DNA of 63,925 nt, the filler included, from Lenisia limosa (lineage: Eukaryota > Protista > Breviatea), in assembly GCA_001655205.1 (NCBI GenBank). It is 16 parts of 16 records of this genome, joined end to end, with 100 filler letters (N's around TTAATTAATTAA, not from the genome) between each part and the next. Parts side by side here need not be neighbours in the genome. Positions count along the whole stretch, not along the records: positions 8,937 to 13,960 come from LPNZ01004731.1; positions 14,061 to 18,462 come from LPNZ01007472.1; positions 18,563 to 22,308 come from LPNZ01008698.1; 13 more parts are not named here. The stretch is one strand, 5' to 3'. Each line of letters begins with the position of its first letter. The first letter of the stretch is position 1. Position numbers and translations under genes: made by a program. The notes under the pieces were generated by a model, which was not told the DNA's origin, did no database searches, and was given only the letters and a program-made list of their open reading frames with translations. This document shows positions 11,608 to 22,129 of the stretch, in pieces.

Positions 11608-14060
11608 AAGCAAATGTACTATTACATGCGTAATATATATATCATATCCACAGCAGGACTGATCTTACAAAAGGAAATTCCGAGGTTCACCTTTCCAGAG
11701 TGCATCATTTGTCAGAGTCCAAGTCAATAATACAAGCTACCATGTGGTAAGCTTCTTGTGCTGTGTAGTTGATGAGAATAATGATTCAATTTTGTAACAC
11801 ATTAGGGATGAAGGGGCAAAATGTTCGGCTTTAGAATTATATACTATTATTATGTACATAATTATCATATAATATGATATAAGGAGAATCCCAATAAAGC
11901 ACCAAATGGTGTATTACATAATTGTCTCTCCCTCTGTTCAACGCTAGGTTATGTTATCCAAAATGAACTTACTTTTTTTTTTTAGCAAAAAATTGACTTC
12001 AACGATGAGGGTGTTAAACTTCGTAAGGGTGGTGGTAGTATTAATTCTTGGTGTTTTGTTAGTAGAATCATGAAGCACCATTCTTACTAATATCTTGTTA
12101 TGCATGTTCATTTATAAAAAAAAATTGGATATATTTTCATAAGGGAAAGAAACTTTAGTGTCATATTATACACCATATTCTTTCGCATTTTGTCTCTCAA
12201 CTCTTTTTATGATCATCTCTCTTTGAAATCTCTTTCACTCTCATTCCCTCAGAATTGGAGATTCCCAAACCGATTGTTCCCGTGGATTACGTGAAGTTTG
12301 TGGGGATGTCATCGCATTACGTCCATTGAAATTGTTCTCTTTAGAGCAGGCAAAAGTTTTTTGGACTACCCTGAGCCGTTATCACTCCAAGGTTGCTATA
12401 TGCTGGGGATGCACACAGAAACTTATGTGTATGAGTTGTAAAACCGAACCCTTTTATTCATTTCCTCTGTAATTCCCTCTCTCAGTGCTATCTTACACAG
12501 TATCTCTCTGACGTTCATGAACTCGTATTTCGCGTTCTTTTTATTGCCTTAGGGCTCCGTACAATTAATTGTTTGGAGAAATTAATTGACATAATTTGAA
12601 ATTAAATTTTCTGAAATGGCGTTCTAGTTACACTATGTCCCACTTCATTTTGCAAAATTCAGTACTCATTCAATTGCGTTGTGCCATTAAGGGACGCTCA
12701 CGCTTTGCAGAAGTGACTTCTTTGAGAGGACAGTGGACGTTGTCACTATGACCCCAAGCCCGTTCATTCCCTGTAAGCTAGGTTTAGTCCTTATTGTAAG
12801 GCTTGGTTTAGTTCTTGTTCCTTGTTAGTGATTCATTCCCTTTAAGGCTAAATCATTTAAGATTTATTTCAGGTAAAACAGATGTCGATAGTTTTGCTGG
12901 ATTTGAAAGCCCCTGATATTTTGAGAGGATTTTGCACACCTCCAATAATATCATTTACCACCACCTAATACCTGTTATACTCACTTTCCCACCATAACAT
13001 ACCAGCATATGTTACATACACGCTCATGGCAGCCTGTATGGCGTGCTCGCTCATTGCGTGGCTGTTGATGCGAACAGACACTCCGTACACTTTCATTCCT
13101 CTCACGGTATTGGGGAATTCAAACCCTAGGTTTATTTACGCATTTATTCATTTCAATAATTTCGAAAATACTGTAACACTTTTTGGGACCAAATTGAAGC
13201 TCTGCATAATATGTAAGGGCTTTTATTATTCAGGCCACTTGAGCAAACAAACAGTCTCATATTGTTTCAAAGTTCAGGTTGCTATAATTGTGTGCCTGGT
13301 TCTTGCTGGAATGGGACTGGTCTTCTCAAGCATGAAATGGAGCCTCTCTGGTTTGTCCAATACAGGCACCTTTTTTTTATATCTCAAAATCAAGAAATTT
13401 AGTATCGAATTTTCACCATCCAGATGCCATCGAAAGAGACTGTGCCGCAATAAGTGACGTCTCTGTCATCCCCAAAACTGAGATTGTGCACTACAACACT
13501 CTTTGTAACTATTTCGGTAAGGGTGGTGCCAGTGTGGAACCTTAACTTTCTTTTGTATCAGAATGTGTAACATAATAGTGCTATTCCATGATGAATTATG
13601 AAAAATCAGATACATATGATATTATAGATAATGTATTATATATATGTATTATTACATATTACATAAATATAAATCGTATTTAAACAGACCAACCATTACT
13701 CAACCAGATGATTTTAAGCTCTCCGTTGCTGGGGGTGCGAACACCCTCAACGCCTCGATAATAATGATAATTTCTATTGCTGGAATGCTGTTTTCCGGTA
13801 CCGCCCTTGGAATGGTAAGTGGGGCATTGAAACTGTATTTTGCTCCGAAAAGTACCATCTTTGATGACCTGTAATTTGTTTTAACGTGATTGAAAGGCTT
13901 TGGTTAAGGCTCCTTTTTTATTTATTATCCACCTTCATTAACAAATGATAAAAATGCTATNNNNNNNNNNNNNNNNNNNNNNNNNNNNNNNNNNNNNNNN
14001 NNNNTTAATTAATTAANNNNNNNNNNNNNNNNNNNNNNNNNNNNNNNNNNNNNNNNNNNN

Positions 14061-17000
14061 TCCCACTCGCCAAAGAAATCTTCCTCCTCCGTGAAGTCCA
14101 CGGCCTCAGCAAAGGAAGTATCAATCAGGTTACGGATGGTTGATTGGAGTTGACCAGTAGTTTCGCGACAGTAGTCGGACGTAGACAGAATTAGGCAAGT
14201 TTGAACCTTCGGAAGTAAGAGAATATATAGAAAATAAATGGAAAAAAAGGGGAAGAATAAAATAGGAAAATTATGCAATAAAAATAATTGAGAATTATTT
14301 GTGTGTCGGGATGGCCAGTAGTTCCATGACAGTAGTTCGACGTAGACAAAATTAGGCGTGATAATATGACACTGATAATANNNNNNNNNNNNNNNNNNNN
14401 NNNNNNNNNNNNNNNNNNNNNNNNNNNNNNNNNNNNNNNNNNNNNNNNNNNNNNNNNNNNNNNNNNNNNNNNNNNNNNNNNNNNNNNNNNNNNNNNNNNN
14501 NNNNNNNNNNNNNNNNNNNNNNNNNNNNNNNNNNNNNNNNNNNNNNNNNNNNNNNNNNNNNNNNNNNNNNNNNNNNNNNNAGATGGCCGCCCCTGTATCA
14601 ACGTCAGCACAAAGTGATTAGTAAGCATGAAATGTTGACTGTAAAAAATGATTCATCCAAAAGTAACACTATAGTTCCAAGGTATATCAAATATTGAAAT
14701 TATAACATGATTCTAAGCTGATTTGAAGCAAAGTGACCATTCGAGTACACGAGTTTTGCGTAAAAATACATAAAGTTTTGGGAAACACGAACGCTAACTT
14801 GAATTTTTTGAATTTTTGATACATAGTATAGCACCAGACCAATGCTTACCGAGGTAGTCTGTTCATAATTGTGGAGTGGTAGAGAGCTAGGTACTTCTTG
14901 TATAGCTTGGTCAGGTCGAATAGAGTCTTTCGCCGGGTCAGAGTGGAGACCTAGGAATTAAACAGGAAAATTAAAGGACGGTAGAGATCTGACTACTTGT
15001 GAGAAACTTACTCTATGATTCCTTACTCGATCAAATAAAGCCAAAATACTTCAAAACAATAATATTATCTATTTCAGTATATTCATTTAACTAACCTAAA
15101 GAGTAACATACCGTAAGGCTATATCAGAAAAAAAAACTCATACTCCATTGTAATTTCTTACCTGTAAACAATGGCAACGTACTCCCTTCCCCCATACTCG
15201 TTTAAGCGTCTTCTTGAAGTAGTAAAACAGGTCGCTTGACGAGCGGAGGACTAAAACGATTATAACTAAAAAGCATTTCATTCAGACTTGGTCCATTTAT
15301 CCAACATTGTTCTAAGTCCGTTTATTTCACAATCTTCATCCATCCATTATATTACAAAGACCCCCCCCCCCCTTTTTTTTTTTTNNNNNNNNNNNNNNNN
15401 NNNNNNNNNNNNNNNNNNNNNNNNNNNNNNNNNNNNNNNNNNNNNNNAAGACAGAATCTCTCGATAAATCCTCGAAAACTATCGATATATTACCGGTCTT
15501 TTTCGAACCGAAGTGAAGTCCATAACTAAAAAGCATCTCATTAGACTAGGGCCAGTTATGGCCATGAGGTAAATAGGTGGATATTAGGAACAATTCAAAA
15601 ATAAAAAAATGGTAATAATCACATCAAAAAATCGTTAGTGTTATGGTGCTAGAGGTACAATGGGGAAATATTACTAAGTCCATTTGCTCCACACTCATCC
15701 ATGATATTGTAAAACTAACTACCACCATAGACCACCCTCCCCCATTTGAGCCACCTCTTCTGCTGGACTTTTGAGCATTGTTGCTACGAAGGCAAAAACG
15801 AAGGGATAAATGTCAAAAACAAGCAAAAGTTGACCAAACTTGGGATCACTTCGTGATACCGTGGAGAAGGGGGAGAAGAGGGGTTGTAATAATATTACTC
15901 CTACACTTTGAAATACCAATACCTAGGGCTTCCCTAAGGTCCCAAAAAAAGACCAAATATTTCGAAAAATATCGATATTTCAACGGTCTTTTTCGGACCG
16001 CAGGGAAGCCCTACCAATACCCCCCCACTTTGTGCACCATCACCGTCGGCTTCCCAGGTCTCTTCAATCAAGGCCTTCTCCATCATTTCTCTCATGTTCC
16101 TGGGGAGGGGGAGGGGTGAAAATGGTGAATTATTGAAAAAGAATAAACTCACAAATTAAATCGAGAGGTGAGAACTACACAACANNNNNNNNNNNNNNNN
16201 NNNNNNNNNNNNNNNNNNNNNNNNNNNNNNNNNNNNNNNNNNNNNNNNNNNNNNNNNNNNNNNNNNNNNNNNNNNNNNNAAAACCGCTGAAGAAAAAGGT
16301 GACAATAAACGTAAAACAGGACTCTGTAAATAAAAAAAATTAACTTCAAAATTATATTACAGGCTCTGTAATTTAATTGCGTAGAGTCCTATAAATAAGT
16401 ATAGCAAAAAAAAAAAAACGAAAAAAAAAGTACAAAACAAAACAAAAAAAAACACAAAATAAAATAATATACCAACTCCGCTCACTCATCCTCGCGAGTG
16501 ACNNNNNNNNNNNNNNNNNNNNNNNNNNNNNNNNNNNNNNNNNNATTATTCCCAAAAAGGCAGGCCCGCCTGCGTCCATATCGCCACGCGCCCTCCTTTC
16601 CTAATATGGTGAGGTTGGGTCAGCCATAATAAGAAACAAATCAACCGTGTTTATAAAAATGAATTACTGGTTGGAGCGCATCAAAAATGAGCTGTTTACA
16701 TTTCAGTTTCTCTGGAATTGGCATTGATTTCCCCTTACATACCTGCATTTCAAGTCGAAGTTTTTCACGCTCCGCGCGAGTTTTGCGTGGAGGTAATCCA
16801 GCAGCTTCCTAATATGGTAAGTCTAAAAATATAGACACCTTCCAAAAATGGTAACTCCAAAAAATATACATCTTTCATTATGTTAAAGAGCACACTCTGC
16901 CCATTATAATAAAAAGACCCCATGCCCACCCTCTTTTGGTCCCTAATGAACTTCTTATACTTTCTTTTGATAGCCTCAGTGCCATTGACGCCGATATCGT

Positions 17001-18353
17001 CCTCTTCGTCTTCACTAGTGACGTAGTCATCATCTTCTTCCTCGACTGTCTCGCCACTTTCCTGTTTCTGAACCAGTGAAATGAGGGGGTTGTTGTTTCT
17101 AAAGAAAAGACAATAGGGCTTCACTCTTCCAGAAAATAACCGAATTTTTTTCGATAACTCATCGATATGTAACTCATATGTAACTCATCGATCGATATGT
17201 ATCGATTCTATCCGTAACAGGGTGACTCCTAAGGCTTCACTAAGGTTCAGAACAATATCGAAGTTTTCGAGGATTTATCCACAATTTCAGTCTTTTTACG
17301 AATCAAAGTGAATTTCCAGTGACTCCCTATTGCTGAGTATGAGAATGAAGGTCTTGTTCATTTTGAGTTGTTTTGTTTTGAGATATGAATAATAAAAAGC
17401 AAGGTTGATCTGCCCGAAGCCGTCTACACCAAAAGAGATCTTGAATATCTTTATGAAATTAATAGCAGGAAATCCTCCCAATAATGCTGGATCTATATGT
17501 GCCTTGTTTCAATGTCTTTACTGCAATAATAACTCTCACCCTCTCCTTCTCGAATTTGGCCTGGAGCTCCTGCTCAAACTCGAGTGTGTGCGTCAGAATA
17601 CGAAGCAAAACAGTGACATCACCGCCTATGGGAGGTAAAAGAGGGGTTCCAATATGATAAATATCAACGTATAATAAAATTATACAACACCACGTATCTC
17701 ATATCACATATCTATCATAGTATGTAGTTTTGAAAAAATAACTCTAAAAATAAAGGAAAGACCCCCCCCCCCNNNNNNNNNNNNNNNNNNNNNNNNNNNN
17801 NNNNNNNNNNNNNNNNNNNNNNNNNNNNNNNNNNNNNNNNNNNNNNNNNNGCGCATATGGTGGCCACCATTGTCTCCTCAACGTGCCAATCGCCAGGGAA
17901 AATGTCGGCGTACTGATAAAGAGATGAGAAATAAAAAGTTCGAATAACATCGGAGGTCTTAACTTACCCCCATTGTCCCCTCAACGTGCTAGTCGGAGGG
18001 GAAAATATCAACGTAATATGAAGAGAAGGTTATATCTGACTGAAGCCGTCCACAACACTACGCTGATAGGAAATATTGTATTATATGATAAGTCGGCGGA
18101 TTAATGGGAGTGACTGGGAAGGGGGGGAGTAAAGAAAGACTATGGGGGCAGGTATGTCTGTTGACAGGTTAAATGTGATATTCCACCTTCCCATAAAAAA
18201 TCTCGAAATGAAAAACAAATTAATCATAACAATAACAATAACAATAATAATAACAATAACAATAAAAACAAGCCAGCTTACGTCTCTTGAGAAGTCACGC
18301 ATTTTCCTCTTCAGCCAAGCAAAACGCATTTCCGTGTTACTAAGCGAGGATTC
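14061..18353 (-). CDS. VPS53: GARP/EARP complex subunit Vps53, internal multi-exon fragment
   Basis: Collinear exons match recalled Vps53 motifs: 18282-18353 ESSLSNTEMRFAWLKRKMRDF (RRYAWIKR motif), DVTVLLRILTHTLEFEQELQAKF, EKALIEETWEADGDG, SSSDLFYYFKKTLKR, VSTLTRRKTLFDLTKLYKKYL, ILSTSDYCRETTGQLQSTIRNLID. Confidence 0.88.
15924..16013. mobile_element. hAT-type MITE copy (TAGGGCTTC family)
   Basis: TAGGGCTTCCCT...AGGGAAGCCCTA termini; perfect 8-bp TSD CCAATACC at 15916-15923 and 16014-16021; lies in a VPS53 intron. Confidence 0.85.
17230..17318. mobile_element. hAT-type MITE copy (TAGGGCTTC family)
   Basis: Degenerate TIRs; perfect 8-bp TSD GTGACTCC at 17222-17229 and 17319-17326. Confidence 0.8.
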
Positions 18354-18462
18354 CTGGGGGAGGGGGGTAAAATTAGAAAATTTATGAAACAAAAAACCCA
18401 AATCATCAGTGTTGTTTAGCAACACACGAGGGTTCAAAACAAAACAAAGCCCAGGCCAGTCG
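18354..18462 (-). repeat. Intron 3'-end repeat family, most complete copy, ending at a VPS53 splice acceptor
   Basis: Sense strand CGACTGGCCTGGGCTT...CCCTCGTGTGTTG...GATTTGGGTTTTTTGTTTCATAAATTTTCTAATTTTACCCCCCTCCCCCAG|exon. Related copies near 3135-3240, 3745-3820, 9591-9650, 18883-18960, 21460-21530, 51270-51343, 51630-51690, 54410-54435 and 55745-55808. Confidence 0.85.
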
Positions 18463-18777
18463 NNNNNNNNNNNNNNNNNNNNNNNNNNNNNNNNNNNNNN
18501 NNNNNNTTAATTAATTAANNNNNNNNNNNNNNNNNNNNNNNNNNNNNNNNNNNNNNNNNNNNACATGTATATAAATACAACCATACCAGGGGGCATAGCG
18601 GTGTGGATTTATCATTATTATACACCATATCTACCAGCACTGGTACCAGTATCTACCATCATTTTATAAATACTTGTACTAGTATCTACCATCATTATAT
18701 ACCATAGCAGTACTTGTACCAGTATCTACCATTATTATACACAATATCAATATTTGTGCCAGTATCTTCCATCATAC

Positions 18778-21700
18778 CAGGGGGCATAGTGGTGTGAATG
18801 GCGAAGGCCTGATTGACTGCCGCGTCCACCCAATCATCCAAATGCGCTCTACTGTGATATGTGTCAACCTTGAATGTTCGGCCTGAGGAGAGGGGGGATG
18901 GGTGAGGAAAAATGGAAATCTTTATGAAACAAATAAAAACATATTACTTCTGTTGACTAAGTATTGGAGAAATATCCACTCATTGATAATTGACTGACAA
19001 GTCTCGATGACACTCTAATGCACTCGGGATGAACCTTTGTGTTATCTTCGTTCATCATTTCGACTTGAAAGTTGGTCAGGTGATCATATCACTAGTGGAT
19101 ATGGGTTAACATCTCCCCCCCCCCCCCCNNNNNNNNNNNNNNNNNNNNNNNNNNNNNNNNNNNNNNNNNNNNNNNNNNNNNNNNNNNNNNNNNNNNNNNN
19201 NNNNNNNNNNNNNNNNNNNNNNNNNNNNNNNNNNNNNNNNNNNNNNNNNNNNNNNNNNNNNNNNNNNNNNNNNNNNNNNNNNNNNNNNNNNNNNNNNNNN
19301 NNNNNNNNNNNNNNNNNNNNNNNNNNNNNNNNNNNNNNNNNNNNNNNNNNNNNNNNNGGGGGATACGGATAATTAATAGCAGGGGTAAAGAGAGATTGTT
19401 GGGAGGGGGGGTGAAGAAATAGAAGCAATATAACAAAACAACAACAATAGTAGTAATAACAAGACCCAAAGCAACAATAAAAAGAGTAGTAGTAGCAAAA
19501 AGCAATTTCAGTGTCTGCCGATGACCCCAAGTGGTCTTCTTTTGGTATGGTTGCTTTATTGTAATTGTTGAAGCTGAGGCAGGTATCAGACCCGGCGAGT
19601 GGCCCATGCGGGAAGTTGAGTTTTGTGACTTTGCCGATGGTGAACTCTTGACGATGCTCATACAAGATGTTTGGCCTCTCATCAAGGACAAGTAAGGATG
19701 CAAAATTATAAAGTGGTAGTAAGAGTACAAAAGTCTCACTAACTTGTATTGTATTTGGAGCTATGGCGGCCGCGAAAGAGCCCCGTGATATTCATGGCCA
19801 CGGCAAAGTTTTACGCCTTCCGATATACAGGATTTTAAAAAAACTTGTTTAGTCATTTTCTTCTCCCGAGCCCAGTTCTCAAGTTGTTCTTCGTTCTCTG
19901 GCTCTCTTCTCGGTACCTCGGTAGCAAGTAGTAAATTCTGTTGTTTAAAACTTGTTTAGAGACGTTCTCAATCTGCGTTGATGAACCGGCCAATCATACC
20001 CAAGATGTCAGCCCCGCCTCGTGTCACAACAACAACTTGCTGTTTGCTGCTGGTGATGATTCTCAAGTTCAACCAATCGCAATCAAATGCTCAAGCTAGA
20101 GAGGATGAAGCAACATGTGACCAAAACGTTGATCACGGTTGACAGTGATAACACAGAATAAAAAAATTACAAAAACAAATAAAAAGGAGAAATATAATAT
20201 ATTACTTTAGTGAATGTAAAATGGGTATCCTTGAGGATTCCAAAAAGAAGGGTAGCATAGCAAATAAGCTGACGATCCCTGACTCTCTTAGTAAAAAGCG
20301 AAAAGAGTGTAAGTTAGAAGCGTCAACACTATGTCAATGAAAATAACACGAAATGACTCTACTTAAAAACCGCCTCTTGTACCCAAGAAAAAATACGGAT
20401 ATTTTTTTCTATTTATTTTTTTCTATTTATTTTTTTCAACTCTCCTTTTTTCTATCTTCTCCCTCCCACCCTTAGCAAGAACACCGAACAAAACGTCGGT
20501 ATGCAAGGACCGCTCATGGGCCTCGTCCATAACAATGGCACTGTATTTGTCGAGGGCATCTTCTCTGAGGGACTCGCGGAGCAAAACTCCGTCCGTCATG
20601 TACTGGGGGGTGACACTTATATATATATCATATATATATAAAAAAATATAGCAATGAGAAATAAAATGAAAGATGTATCTGGCCATGATATCTATTTTAT
20701 ATAGCAATGTCCACACATATATAGTATGAGATAAAGAGTGACTGATACATAGCCCCACCTTAATGATGGTTTGGTCGGAGGTGCAGTCTTCGAAGCGAAT
20801 GGCGTAACCACACTTGGTTCCCAACTAAAACATTAGTTACAAGGAATCTCTGTCTTCTTTTGTATCCCTTGTATGGTTGGAACTATATCCATTTTCAAAA
20901 TTCTCATCCCCCCCCCCCCCCACCNNNNNNNNNNNNNNNNNNNNNNNNNNNNNNNNNNNNNNNNNNNNNNNNNNNNNNNNNNNNNNNNNNNNNNNNNNNN
21001 NNNNNNNNNNNNNNNNNNNNNNNNNNNNNNNNNNNNNNNNNNNNNNNNNNNNNNNNNNNNNNNNNNNNNNNNNNNNNNNNNNNNNNNNNNNNNNNNNNNN
21101 NNNNNNNNNNNNNNNNNNNNNNNNNNNNNNNNNNNNNNNNNNNNNNNNNNNNNNNNNNNNNNNNAAGATTAACTCGAGGGTAGGGTTGAGAACCAACAAC
21201 AAAAACCGAATACCATAGCCCCCCGAACCGATAATTCCATGCTCTCCATAGCCGGCCTCGAGAAGATATTGGGTAAGCTGGGTCGTTTTACCACTACCCG
21301 TTTCTCCGACAATAACCACAATTTGGTTCTCGTCGATGAGGCGCATGAGCTCAAACCTGGGGGGGGGGGGGGNNNNNNNNNNNNNNNNNNNNNNNNNNNN
21401 NNNNNNNNNNNNNNNNNNNNNNNNNNNNNNNNNNNNNACAACACAAAAACGAAGGATTAAATGGAGAATATGAAAAATTATGAACCACACTCACCCAGAA
21501 TCAATTCTGTTGGCTAAACAACACAGGAACCGTATGAAGGGATTTATTATTATTTTTTTATTTTTTTTTTATTATTACTATTATTATTTAATTTTATATT
21601 TTTATTTTATTTTTATCACCTCCCACTTTGAAGAGAAAACCGGCAAGAACTCCCTCTGCTCCTTCATTGTCTTCGTCATGGCAAACTTCGAAACGGCATC

Positions 21701-22129
21701 ACTCGACCTGAGGGCGGTGAGATTCTATTATTATATTTTATATATTTTTTCTTTGTTAATTGTTATTGTTATTTACAATTTCTATCTTTACTATTATTAA
21801 TAATAATAGAGTCAAGCAAAACAAAAATCAAACTTTACTGCTAAATAGACACCTTTTTATAGTCACCCCCCCACATATGGTCAGCATATTGGCTCTCTTC
21901 TTTGTAGTTGGAGTTGGCTTTCTCGTCAACCTAAAACTGGTAAAAAAAAACAGTACAATCTTAATCCAAAAAAGTCACAGTAAAACTTAAATCGAAACAG
22001 TCACAGCCCCCCCCCCCACCTTCTCTTCACCCATGATTTCACCAATGCGCGTGCCTCCAAGTTCCCAGTACTTCTTCTGGTTTTGAACGCGCTCCTTCTG
22101 GTTACGCAGGACTTGCACCTTATAGGAAC
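18778..22129 (-). CDS. DHX38: Pre-mRNA splicing DEAH-box helicase Prp16, internal multi-exon fragment
   Basis: Exons 22020-22129, 21875-21930, 21627-21707, 21229-21356, 20759-20824, 20470-20602 and 18778-18882 give [56 protein letters not shown] and GRTFKVD...DWVDAAVNQ. The QPRR and SAT exons probably fall in N gaps. Confidence 0.92.
18972..19102. repeat. Dispersed hairpin repeat, copy 2 (DHX38 intron)
   Basis: ATATCCACT...TGACTGACAAGTC...GACTTGAAAGTTGGTCA...AGTGGATAT. Confidence 0.75.

Noticed and set aside
19360-20460. Apparent truncation of DHX38 after the DEAH exon
   Set aside because: The gene resumes at 18778-18882 (GRTFKVD); the missing SAT exon plausibly lies in the N gap at 19129-19357.
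18778-22129. Alternative genetic code or non-canonical splice sites
   Set aside because: The conserved exons I could reconstruct (DHX38, VPS53, CFAP57) translate without in-frame stops under the standard code and use GT-AG boundaries.
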